Origin: a virus
Taxonomy: Duplodnaviria; Caudoviricetes
Virus record (IMG/VR): IMGVR_UViG_3300025127_000092
Span: 1 to 38,671 of that record
Length of the DNA stretch: 38,671 nucleotides
Reading direction: 5' to 3' (one strand)
The translations under genes and the position numbers were made by a program. The notes beneath the pieces are model-generated. The model was not told the origin of the DNA and made no database searches. It worked only from the letters and a program-made list of their open reading frames with translations. Each line of letters opens with the position of its first letter. Position 1 is the stretch's first letter. This document shows positions 1 through 8,708 of the stretch, in pieces.

Positions 1-324
1 ATTTTTTTTAAAATTTTTTTAGGGGGTATTTAAAAAATCCCCCCTAAGACCCCCTAAAGTTATAAGGAATCCCAAGGGATTCTCAAATTATCCCCAAAAA
101 ATTTTCCAGATACACCCTAGGCGTGTGCCATGGGGGGTATATCCTATTCTATATACCCAGTTACCAGAAAATTCCCAAAGTTGATGTAAACCATACCTCG
201 GGGCCATATTTTAGGGCTAAATATTCCGACAATATTCCTAGGAATACCCTATATACCCTATATACGATTTGTACAAATATCCATAGTATATGCGTAAAGG
301 CCCCCCAGGGGGTTCCCATGTAAT

Positions 325-353
325 ATTATACACCCCCTTATCAATTTTGTCAA
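325..353 (-). promoter_or_regulatory. Leftward sigma70 promoter, perfect consensus
   Basis: Minus strand reads TTGACA (353-348), a 17 nt spacer, then TATAAT (330-325). Confidence 0.85.
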
Positions 354-393
354 GCACAAATTAAAAAAAATTTAAAATAATTAAAAAAAACTA

Positions 394-422
394 TTGACAA
401 AATTGCAATACGTGGTTATAAT
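394..422 (+). promoter_or_regulatory. Rightward sigma70 promoter, perfect consensus, with A-tract UP-like element
   Basis: TTGACA 394-399, 17 nt spacer, TATAAT 417-422; A/T tracts at 357-390. Confidence 0.85.
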
Positions 423-537
423 ATAAAAATAAACCAAATATAAATCAAAGGGACACACACGCATTAAGTGAACTTACAAACAGGGTCATCACTGATTTAT
501 ATTAACGGGAATATACCTAGGTATTCCCACTAAAATT

Positions 538-885
538 ATGAAATTTGAAGGAAACATACCAAGTTATTTAAGAACAGGAGCTGGTTCATTCGCAGTTAGC
601 GACAAAAAACTAGCAAATGTTGAAAAAACAGAGAATTTATTTGAAAAGGTTAAATTTGGAATCAAAGATATGGCTCCAATGAAACCTATTTCTATACCTA
701 CACCCAGAGAAGACTACGTAGAACCAAATTTATTTAGATCAATACAACTAAATATGGAACAAAAGCCAGAACTAATGGCATTTGAAAATAAAAAACCAGT
801 AGAAAAGGAACAACCAATGAAAGTTCCTCAAATGGGTGATGAAAAACAAGATACACAAAGTCAGACAGATATCTTTATCGGCTAG
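538..885 (+). CDS. Hypothetical protein (115 aa)
   Basis: First ORF after the rightward promoter, with phage-like codon usage; no clear SD. Confidence 0.65.
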   Translation: MKFEGNIPSYLRTGAGSFAVSDKKLANVEKTENLFEKVKFGIKDMAPMKPISIPTPREDYVEPNLFRSIQLNMEQKPELMAFENKKPVEKEQPMKVPQMGDEKQDTQSQTDIFIG

Positions 886-920
886 AAAACTACCGTTTAA
901 AGAAATCATGGAGTTAATAA

Positions 921-1331
921 ATGCAAATCACGGATTCTACTATAACAAAAACTCAAAAGAGAAACTTGACAGATATGCAGGAAAAATTTCTAGACGTATT
1001 GTTCGGGGAAGCAAAAGGAAACCCAAAATACGCAGCAGAGCTAGCAGGATACTCAGCTCATAGTTATCCAAAGGTAGTACGTAATTTAAAAAAAGAGATT
1101 TTAGAATTAGCGGAAAACCACCTATCCACACATTCCGCTAAGGCAGCCACACGTCTTACAGACTTACTAGACGAAGACGGGACCACACCACACTCCAATA
1201 TTCGTTTAGCGGCTGCCACACAAATTTTAGACAGAGTAGGTTTAGGTAAGAAAGAACAACTGGATATTAACATGAAAGCAATGCATGGAATATTTATATT
1301 ACCAGCAAAGGATACTCCTAAAAATGACTAA
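921..1331 (+). CDS. Terminase small subunit (putative)
   Basis: LTDMQEKFL...AAELAGYS HTH signature of TerS; GGAG SD; lies upstream of TerL. Confidence 0.7.
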   Translation: MQITDSTITKTQKRNLTDMQEKFLDVLFGEAKGNPKYAAELAGYSAHSYPKVVRNLKKEILELAENHLSTHSAKAATRLTDLLDEDGTTPHSNIRLAAATQILDRVGLGKKEQLDINMKAMHGIFILPAKDTPKND

Positions 1332-1572
1332 AGAAGATTCAGAAAGAAAAAAAAATTATTCAAATGTACCTGAATCTAAACCAGGCACATTTAAAATTAG
1401 TTATTTTCGCCATGAAAAAGATAAGTCATATATAGATCCTAATATAACATATGAAAAAGAATTAAATGGTAATACAAAAATTGGTATGGGTATATCTTCT
1501 GAAGGAGAAGGCTATTTAAAAATTAAAAAACAATTTTCATTTGGAAAGGCTAAAGATAAAAGTACAAAATAA
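1324..1572 (+). CDS. Hypothetical protein (~82 aa)
   Basis: Fills the gap after TerS; ATG 1324 is preferred over 1285 because it minimises overlap. Confidence 0.55.
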   Translation: MTKEDSERKKNYSNVPESKPGTFKISYFRHEKDKSYIDPNITYEKELNGNTKIGMGISSEGEGYLKIKKQFSFGKAKDKSTK

Positions 1573-1578
1573 TAATAA

Positions 1579-1881
1579 GTGGAATCAATAAAAATTAAAA
1601 AAAGGGCAAGAACAATACCCTTTGGTTTTAAACAATCTCAAGACCCAGATTATATAGAACCTATTAAAGAAGAATTAGATGCTCTTAGACAAGCAGGGGA
1701 TTATTTAAAAACTTGTTCATTAAGAGAAACGGCTAAATGGCTACATAGAAAAACAGGAAGATACATATCACATGTCGGACTTAAAAAAAGACTTGAACGA
1801 AGTGGAACCACCGAAGCCCAAGAAAGTAGTTCAACAGAAAGCCAAAAAGTCAACACAACAGATTCTAGCTCGCAGTCGTAA
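1579..1881 (+). CDS. Putative HTH DNA-binding protein, overlapping the TerL start
   Basis: GTG start; IPFGF...SLRETAKWL...ISHVGLKKR resembles recombinase-type HTH proteins found before TerL. Confidence 0.65.
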   Translation: MESIKIKKRARTIPFGFKQSQDPDYIEPIKEELDALRQAGDYLKTCSLRETAKWLHRKTGRYISHVGLKKRLERSGTTEAQESSSTESQKVNTTDSSSQS

Positions 1882-3397
1882 GAAAGTTGCAAAGGCAGAA
1901 CAATCTTTAAGATCTGCCAAACGGTCAGCAGAAAATATTAAAAATAAACTGTTAACTATAGATAAATCTTTACAGGGTAAAGACACACAACTACTTACGG
2001 AAGATCAAATCGAGAGTGCTCCTAAAACAATACAAGAGCACATAAATCAGCAAGAGGTGATCTTTAAACCTAATACAGGTCCACAGACACAATTTCTTGC
2101 AGCTTCTGAAAGAGAAGTTTTTTATGGTGGAGCAAGAGGCGGTGGTAAATCATATGCGATGCTAGTTGATCCGCTTCGATATTGTTCCAAAGCTCATCAT
2201 CGAGCACTCCTAATAAGGCGGACAATGCCAGAGTTAAGAGACTTAATTCAAAAGTCTCAGCTATTATACTCAAAAGCATTTCCAGGAGCAAAATGGAGAG
2301 AGCAAGAAAAAGAGTGGCGATTCCCATCGGGAGCAAAGATAGAGTTCGGATACGCAGAGAACATGACAGACGTTTTGCGATACCAAGGTCAATCTTACAC
2401 ATGGATAGGAATAGACGAACTTCCACAATATCCTTCGCCAGATATATATAATTTTTTAAGGTCATCATTACGATCTGTAGACCCAGAGATACCTGTGTAT
2501 ATGAGATCAACAGGTAATCCAGGCAACGTTGGTTCACAATGGGTAAGAGAAATGTTTGTAGAACCAGCAGAACCAAATACAGCTTTTGATGTAGGGATAG
2601 ATACACCCAAAGGTAAAAAGTATATTACTAGGAAGTTTATCCCAGCTAAGTTACAAGATAACCCTTATCTGATGCAAACAGATGATTATTACATTATGTT
2701 GGCATCTTTACCAGAAGTACAACGTAAACAGTTTTTAGATGGAGATTGGGATGCTTATGAAGATTCAGCTTTTCCAGAATTTTCAAAAACAGTACATTGT
2801 GTCGAACCTTTTGAAATACCTAAAGGTTGGTATAAATTTCGTGCTGCTGACTGGGGTTATTCTTCTCCTGCTTGTGTGCTTTGGTTTGCTGTTGATTATG
2901 ATAACAATCTCTGGATCTATAGAGAATTGTATACCAAAAAAGTTACAGCAGATCAGTTCGCTAGACAAGTACTTGCTTTAGAAAATAATGAGTATGTACA
3001 TTATGGTGTATTAGATGTTAGTACATGGGCAAAGAGAGGTGATGTTGGTCCAAGTATTGCAGAGACTATGATACAAAATGGTTGTAGATGGAGACCATCA
3101 GATAGATCACCTAAAAGTAGAATTAACGGAAAACTTGAAATTCATAAAAGATTAAAAGTTGTGGATAATAATCCAGGTATTAGAGTATTTGCTACTTGTA
3201 AAAATCTTATACGAACTTTAAGTGCTTTACCAACGGATGATAAAAATCCTGAGGATGTTGATACAAATGCAGAAGATCACGCATATGATGCATTAAGATA
3301 TGGGTGTATGAGTAGACCATTACATCCTAAATACGCAGCAAGGTTTAGAAGACCTTCTGAAGATTTTCAACCACAAGATACAAAATTTGGATATTAA
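1772..3397 (+). CDS. terL: Terminase large subunit
   Basis: Walker A GGARGGGKS, Walker B IGIDE, STGNPG coupling motif, RNase H-like nuclease motifs ADWGY and DHAYDALRY. Confidence 0.97.
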   Translation: MSDLKKDLNEVEPPKPKKVVQQKAKKSTQQILARSRKKVAKAEQSLRSAKRSAENIKNKLLTIDKSLQGKDTQLLTEDQIESAPKTIQEHINQQEVIFKPNTGPQTQFLAASEREVFYGGARGGGKSYAMLVDPLRYCSKAHHRALLIRRTMPELRDLIQKSQLLYSKAFPGAKWREQEKEWRFPSGAKIEFGYAENMTDVLRYQGQSYTWIGIDELPQYPSPDIYNFLRSSLRSVDPEIPVYMRSTGNPGNVGSQWVREMFVEPAEPNTAFDVGIDTPKGKKYITRKFIPAKLQDNPYLMQTDDYYIMLASLPEVQRKQFLDGDWDAYEDSAFPEFSKTVHCVEPFEIPKGWYKFRAADWGYSSPACVLWFAVDYDNNLWIYRELYTKKVTADQFARQVLALENNEYVHYGVLDVSTWAKRGDVGPSIAETMIQNGCRWRPSDRSPKSRINGKLEIHKRLKVVDNNPGIRVFATCKNLIRTLSALPTDDKNPEDVDTNAEDHAYDALRYGCMSRPLHPKYAARFRRPSEDFQPQDTKFGY

Positions 3398-3540
3398 TGC
3401 CATTAAATACAAAAGGTAAAAAAATTAAAAAAGATATGGAAAAAAGATATGGCAAGAAAAAAGGCCAATCTATTTTTTATGCAATGGAAAACTCTGGTAA
3501 ATTAAAAGGTGTCAAAAAGAAAACTTCCAGAAGTAAATAA
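3397..3540 (+). CDS. Small basic protein (47 aa), not in ORF track
   Basis: TAATG-coupled to terL; MPLNTKGKKIKKDMEKRYGKKKGQSIFYAMENSGKLKGVKKKTSRSK. Confidence 0.7.
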   Translation: MPLNTKGKKIKKDMEKRYGKKKGQSIFYAMENSGKLKGVKKKTSRSK

Positions 3541-3799
3541 AAGAATTTTTCCATACGATTTAGTAATCGCTTGGTGGGAAGATATCGTTGCTGATTCGAT
3601 TTGGGTTAGTATACCTGATATAAAAAAATCAACTACAGCTATCTGTTGTACAGTTGGTTGGCTTATGAAGCAAGATGATAAAGTTACAATCTTAATGTCT
3701 GATTTTAATTTTGAATCAAGCGGAGAAATAAAAGAAGGTGGCGGTCATACTACAATACCAACTAAAAATATATTAAAGATTAAGAAAATAAAAATATAA
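3509..3799 (+). CDS. Conserved phage hypothetical protein (96 aa)
   Basis: WxD...W...CxTVGW...TTIP..I..I pattern typical of small proteins next to terminases. Confidence 0.75.
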   Translation: MSKRKLPEVNKRIFPYDLVIAWWEDIVADSIWVSIPDIKKSTTAICCTVGWLMKQDDKVTILMSDFNFESSGEIKEGGGHTTIPTKNILKIKKIKI

Positions 3800-3811
3800 C
3801 AGGAGAACACA

Positions 3812-4033
3812 ATGGAAACTAAATTTGATCCAAAAGCTAAAGTAAAGCAAGGACAATTCAGTGATGCAACTGAAGGTAAACAACCTAACAGAGAATCAAT
3901 GAATCTTGACTTTTCAAAGCATAACAGAAGAAAGGGTGAGCCTTTTCAGTATGATCAAGATGTGCCTACTAAATCAGGTTCTGAACATGTTCAAGAGTCT
4001 TTGTTTAGAATGGCTGATGAAAAAGATTACTAA
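3812..4033 (+). CDS. Hypothetical protein, paralogue of 4165-4356
   Basis: AGGAG SD; contains KVKQG and ends FRMADEKDY. Confidence 0.8.
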   Translation: METKFDPKAKVKQGQFSDATEGKQPNRESMNLDFSKHNRRKGEPFQYDQDVPTKSGSEHVQESLFRMADEKDY

Positions 4034-4140
4034 TGAGTCTTGGGCCCAAGAGCAATTATATACCTGTTGTCTATGCAGGCACAAAAAAGAAAAAATATAA
4101 TAAAAAAAATCGTAAGAAAACTAAAAAGAAAAAAACGTAA
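4033..4140 (+). CDS. Lys-rich micro-protein (35 aa), not in ORF track
   Basis: TAATG-coupled; MSLGPKSNYIPVVYAGTKKKKYNKKNRKKTKKKKT. Confidence 0.55.
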   Translation: MSLGPKSNYIPVVYAGTKKKKYNKKNRKKTKKKKT

Positions 4141-4164
4141 ATGTTAATACAGGGAGATATAACT

Positions 4165-4356
4165 ATGTTAAAAAGATATATGCACGGAGAACTTGCACCT
4201 GATGTAGCAAAAAAACCAAATGAACCACTAGCAATAGATGCTAACTCAAAAGTTAAGCAAGGAGCTACAAGTGGTGATGGTAATGATGCTAAAGGTAAAT
4301 CTAAATCAAAAGTAGATCCAGCAATCTTTAGAATGGCTGAAGAAAGAGATTACTAA
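4165..4356 (+). CDS. Hypothetical protein (63 aa), paralogue of 3812-4033
   Basis: GGGAG SD before ATG 4165; contains KVKQG and ends FRMAEERDY. Confidence 0.8.
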   Translation: MLKRYMHGELAPDVAKKPNEPLAIDANSKVKQGATSGDGNDAKGKSKSKVDPAIFRMAEERDY

Positions 4357-4361
4357 TTTAA

Positions 4362-6449
4362 ATGGAATATCACGAGGAAGATAAAAAATCTACTGATCAA
4401 GTCAGTGATTCATCTCCTATAGTTGGACATATAAGAGAAAAATTTCAACAATCAGAAACATCAAGAATATATGATGAGAAAAGATGGTTGAAGGCTTATC
4501 GTAACTATAGAGGATTATATGGTCCTGAAATGGCTTTTAGATCTAATGAAAAGTCTAGAGTCTTTGTTAAAATAACTAAGACTAAAGTCCTAGCTGCGTT
4601 TGGTCAAATTATAGAAGTTTTATTTTCTGGTGGTAAGTTTCCTTTAGGTATTCATCCAACACCTGTTCCTGAAGAGATTGCAGAATATGCACACTTAAAA
4701 CAGAAACAGCCTCAGCAACAACAACCGCAAGCTCAAATGGATCCTTACGGTTTTAAAGGTGATGGTAGAGAAATACCTCCTGGTGCAACTGCAGATATGT
4801 TAATGCAGAATCTTGCACGAGAATATAGAAATGTAGGTTTTGATGAAGGACCAGCAAATGCAGGAGAGCCACAAATAGAACCTGCAGAAATAGCAGCAAA
4901 GAATTTAGAAAAATTAATTCATGATCAACTAGAAGAATCTAGTGCTATTACAACTTTAAGACATGTATTTTTTGAACAATGTTTATTAGGAACTGGAGTA
5001 TTAAAAGGTCCATTTACTTTTGATAAATCATATCATGCTTTTGAAGAAACAGATGAAGGTGATTCAATACATATTAAAAAAATTAAATCAGTTCCAAAGA
5101 TAGAAGCTGTATCATGCTGGGATTTATATCCAGATCCAAATGCTACAAATATAAATGATTGTGATTATGTAATTCAAAGACATTCATTAAATAGACAGCA
5201 GTTTTCTGATTTAAGAAAGATGCCATTCTTTGATGAAGAAATGATTGATCATTGTTTAGAAGAAGGTCCTAACTATCAAGTAAGAGGATATGAATCTTCT
5301 TTATACAATAGGGAAACTGTAGAAACTATTTATAAAAATAGATTTGAAGTTTTAGAATACTGGGGTATCTTAGATAATGAAATGGCTAAGATGTGTGGTA
5401 TAGAATCTGATAAAAGTGTTATACAAGTTAATGCTTGGATTTGTGGTAATAAAGTTTTAAGAATGGTAGAAAATCCATTTACACCAACTAGATTACCTTT
5501 TATGGTTGTACCATATGAATTAAATCCATATCAATTTTTTGGTGTAGGTGTTCCAGAAAATATGGAAGACTCACAACAAATTATGAATGGTCATGCTAGA
5601 ATGGCTATAGATAATTTGGCATTATCAGGTAATTTAGTTTTTGATGTTGATGAAACATTATTAGCACCTGGTCAAGATATGAAAATTTTTCCTGGTAAAA
5701 TATTTAGAAGACAAAGTGGTCAACCAGGAACTGCTATTAATACAGTAAAGTTTCCTAATAGTACACAAGAAAACATGATGATGTTTGATAGATTTAGACA
5801 GTTAGCTGATGAAGCAACTGGTATTCCATCATACTCACATGGTACAACTGGAGTTCAATCTACAACTAGAACAGCTTCAGGTATGTCAATGCTAATGGGA
5901 GCAGCAGCATTAAGTATTAAAACAGTTATTAAAAATATTGATGATTATTTACTAAAGCCCCTAGGAGATAATTTCTACTATTGGAATATGCAATTTAATG
6001 CAGATATACCACACATTAAAGGTGATCTTGAAATTAAAGCAAGAGGAACATCATCATTAATGCAGAAAGAAGTTAGATCACAAAGACTCATGACATTTAT
6101 GCAAACTGCAGCTAATCCTGCACTTGCACCTTTTGTAAGATGGCATACGTGTTTAAGAGAAATAGCAAAAGCATTAGATATTGATCCTGATCAACTAATT
6201 AATGATCCAGAGAAAGCAGCTATCTATGCACAAATAATGGGAATGGCAAATGGAAATCAAAACAATACAGCCGCTGCTGGAGGACAAAGTCAAATGGGAC
6301 AGACTGGACCAGTACCTACAGGAGCTTCGGCAACAGATCCAACTGGAAATGGAGGTGGCAACATCGGAACAGGCGATATTCCGATGCCAGGGGAAACTGG
6401 CTTTAGTGCGACAGATCCTGACTTTACCAGAAACAAACAAACGCAATAA
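4362..6449 (+). CDS. Portal protein
   Basis: 695 aa, after TerL; GTGVLKGPF, WDLYPDP, PYQFFGVGV and RTASGMSML motifs of podoviral portals. Confidence 0.92.
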   Translation: MEYHEEDKKSTDQVSDSSPIVGHIREKFQQSETSRIYDEKRWLKAYRNYRGLYGPEMAFRSNEKSRVFVKITKTKVLAAFGQIIEVLFSGGKFPLGIHPTPVPEEIAEYAHLKQKQPQQQQPQAQMDPYGFKGDGREIPPGATADMLMQNLAREYRNVGFDEGPANAGEPQIEPAEIAAKNLEKLIHDQLEESSAITTLRHVFFEQCLLGTGVLKGPFTFDKSYHAFEETDEGDSIHIKKIKSVPKIEAVSCWDLYPDPNATNINDCDYVIQRHSLNRQQFSDLRKMPFFDEEMIDHCLEEGPNYQVRGYESSLYNRETVETIYKNRFEVLEYWGILDNEMAKMCGIESDKSVIQVNAWICGNKVLRMVENPFTPTRLPFMVVPYELNPYQFFGVGVPENMEDSQQIMNGHARMAIDNLALSGNLVFDVDETLLAPGQDMKIFPGKIFRRQSGQPGTAINTVKFPNSTQENMMMFDRFRQLADEATGIPSYSHGTTGVQSTTRTASGMSMLMGAAALSIKTVIKNIDDYLLKPLGDNFYYWNMQFNADIPHIKGDLEIKARGTSSLMQKEVRSQRLMTFMQTAANPALAPFVRWHTCLREIAKALDIDPDQLINDPEKAAIYAQIMGMANGNQNNTAAAGGQSQMGQTGPVPTGASATDPTGNGGGNIGTGDIPMPGETGFSATDPDFTRNKQTQ

Positions 6450-6459
6450 AGAAAAATAA
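6250..6459 (+). CDS. Small helical head-associated protein overprinted on the portal C-terminus
   Basis: Amphipathic helical 69 aa with IFRCQGKLALVRQIL, resembling the small gene that follows portals; its stop abuts the next ATG at 6460. Confidence 0.7.
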   Translation: MEIKTIQPLLEDKVKWDRLDQYLQELRQQIQLEMEVATSEQAIFRCQGKLALVRQILTLPETNKRNKEK

Positions 6460-7245
6460 ATGGCAACACAGTTTTCACTAAGTTATGATAGTGCTGGTAA
6501 TGCCAGTTTAGTAGAAAACAAAGTTGCAAGTAAACCTGCTATTACAGGTAAGTTTGATATTGATCCGTATGCACCAGTTAGATCAGTAAGTACGGATTAT
6601 AGTTTTACTCCTACAGGTCAAGATACATTTGATTATGAAAATCAATTAATATATTTAAATCAATTTATAAAAGATAATGATTCTGATGTAGATATAGGAA
6701 TTAAAGATGATAGTTTTGAAACTCTTGCTGCTAAAGATGATAAAGGAAATATAATTGGTGGTTTAACTTTTACTGAAAAAGCTAAACTTGCTGCTTTTAA
6801 ATATGCAAATATGCCAACAGTTGCTAAACTTGCAATAAGTGTTTTTACACCTTTTGGATTTTTAGGCACTATAGCTAATTTTGCAAGTGAAAAAATGCTA
6901 GATGATTATTATAATCCAAAAGATCCAATGTACAATTATACAGGATTTGGTGCAGATTTACAAGAAGGTGATGTTTCAAAACCAGGTATGGGTTATGAGG
7001 CAGCATATGGTTCTAAATTTTCTACAACAGGAGTTATTGCAGAAGCAAGTGAAGGTGCATATGATTCTACAACTAATACTCAAAAAAATAAAGCATTCGC
7101 AGAAGTTCAAAATCAAATAGGGCAATCACTACATGGTGATGGTGGTAATCAAGGAGGTGGAGGTCATGCTGGTGGTCAATCAGCAGCAGATGCAGCAGCA
7201 TCGCAAGCAGCAGATGATGAAGCAGCAGGAGCTGGAGGATATTAA
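6460..7245 (+). CDS. Hypothetical virion-associated protein (261 aa)
   Basis: Long ORF between portal and scaffold, with one hydrophobic segment and a Gly/Ala-rich tail. Confidence 0.75.
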   Translation: MATQFSLSYDSAGNASLVENKVASKPAITGKFDIDPYAPVRSVSTDYSFTPTGQDTFDYENQLIYLNQFIKDNDSDVDIGIKDDSFETLAAKDDKGNIIGGLTFTEKAKLAAFKYANMPTVAKLAISVFTPFGFLGTIANFASEKMLDDYYNPKDPMYNYTGFGADLQEGDVSKPGMGYEAAYGSKFSTTGVIAEASEGAYDSTTNTQKNKAFAEVQNQIGQSLHGDGGNQGGGGHAGGQSAADAAASQAADDEAAGAGGY

Positions 7246-7247
7246 TT

Positions 7248-7700
7248 ATGGCAATAGATTATAGAGGACAACCAATAACTAATCAAACAGCATTTACTAC
7301 TACTGGTATAATGAATAAAAAAGCTGCTATGCCAGCACCATTAAAAATGCCTACACCAAAAGTAGAAGAAAAAAAACCAGTAGAAAAAAAAGTTACTCAA
7401 GGTGATAGTCCAGTTGCTATGAAACCAGATTTATCAAATTTGAGAGATGATGATAAACGAATTTTAAATATTCATTTAACACCATCTCTTAAAACTGTTT
7501 TAAATAAAGTATTTGGAGGTGACTTATTTCCTGATCTTGGAATCCAAGAATCAACAGTAAGTGTACCTGTAAGTCGTATTGTAAACAGATTTGGATCAGT
7601 TCAAAGTTTTATGAACATGGTTCAAGAACAAAGAGAAGGAAACAATAATGTGCCACCTAGTCAGGGTTTAATGACTAGCCCACAAACTATGAAAGTTTAG
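7248..7700 (+). CDS. Hypothetical protein (150 aa)
   Basis: GGAGG SD; lies within the head operon. Confidence 0.75.
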   Translation: MAIDYRGQPITNQTAFTTTGIMNKKAAMPAPLKMPTPKVEEKKPVEKKVTQGDSPVAMKPDLSNLRDDDKRILNIHLTPSLKTVLNKVFGGDLFPDLGIQESTVSVPVSRIVNRFGSVQSFMNMVQEQREGNNNVPPSQGLMTSPQTMKV

Positions 7701-7746
7701 GAGCTACCCTTATCCATAAGGCACTCAACTCAAAGGAGTAAAAATA

Positions 7747-8676
7747 ATGGAAGAAGAAAACAAAAAAGTTTCTGAAGAAACTAAAGTTAAAGTACCTAAT
7801 GTAAATCCTTATAAAAAAGATAGAGGTGAAGAAGATGCCGAAGTCGAAGCATTTGCTAAAGGTGAATTAGCTAAATTTCAAAGGGAACAAAAAGAAAAGG
7901 CAACCGCAGAAACCGAACAGAAGGACACCGATGCATCTGAAGAGACTGCAGATCAAACAGGTAAAGAGGCTACTCCTATCGCTGAACGCCCTGCTAATGC
8001 TGAAGATCGTGTCTTTAAGAAACGTTATGACGATTTGAAAAGACACTATGATTCTACTGTTAATAAACACAAGGACGAAGTTCGTACTTTGCGTGGTCAA
8101 TTAGAATCAAGTACTAAGCAATTTGTGCCACCTAAATCTAAAGAAGAATTAGAGGCATGGAGAAAAGAGTACCCTGATGTTTATGAAATGGTTGAAACCA
8201 TTGCAATGAACAAAGCAACTACTCGAACTGCAGAAATTGAAGATAAGTTTAAAAATCTTCAAGTCCAGCAAGAACAGATTGCAAAAGAAAAAGCTGAAGT
8301 GGAACTTTTAAAACTTCACCCAGACTTTAGTGAAATACGTTCACAAGATGCATTTCATGAATGGGCAAGTAAACAAGATCCTGTAATACAAAGTTGGTTG
8401 TATGAAAATACATCTAATGCACAGTTAGCTGCTAGGGCTATTGATCTATATAAAATGGATAGTGGTCAAAGTAAACTAACTAAAAAACAGGAAACAGAAG
8501 TTAAAAAAGAAGCTGCTAAAGTAATTTCTAAAACAAGAAAAAGTACTGAGTCTGATGCACCAAAGAAAAAGATTTGGACAACAAGTGAAATTTCTAAATT
8601 GAAAGCTCACGAGTTTGAAAAATTTGAAAAAGAAATAGACCTTGCTCGTTTAGAAGGTAGGATTGAACAACGTTAA
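7747..8676 (+). CDS. Capsid scaffolding protein
   Basis: Acidic coiled coil with FKKRYDDLKRH and HPDF motifs and a C-terminal ARLEGRI; directly upstream of the MCP; AAGGAG SD. Confidence 0.85.
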   Translation: MEEENKKVSEETKVKVPNVNPYKKDRGEEDAEVEAFAKGELAKFQREQKEKATAETEQKDTDASEETADQTGKEATPIAERPANAEDRVFKKRYDDLKRHYDSTVNKHKDEVRTLRGQLESSTKQFVPPKSKEELEAWRKEYPDVYEMVETIAMNKATTRTAEIEDKFKNLQVQQEQIAKEKAEVELLKLHPDFSEIRSQDAFHEWASKQDPVIQSWLYENTSNAQLAARAIDLYKMDSGQSKLTKKQETEVKKEAAKVISKTRKSTESDAPKKKIWTTSEISKLKAHEFEKFEKEIDLARLEGRIEQR

Positions 8677-8708
8677 ACAATCTAACTAACTAATAGGAGG
8701 GTACAACC

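Noticed and set aside
123-323. 66-aa ORF in the left region
   Set aside because: No SD, atypical composition, and it runs through palindromes and against the leftward promoter; most likely non-coding.
836-1063. 75-aa basic ORF overlapping 538-885 and TerS
   Set aside because: It overlaps two better-supported genes, has no SD and no recognisable motif; it cannot be fully excluded.
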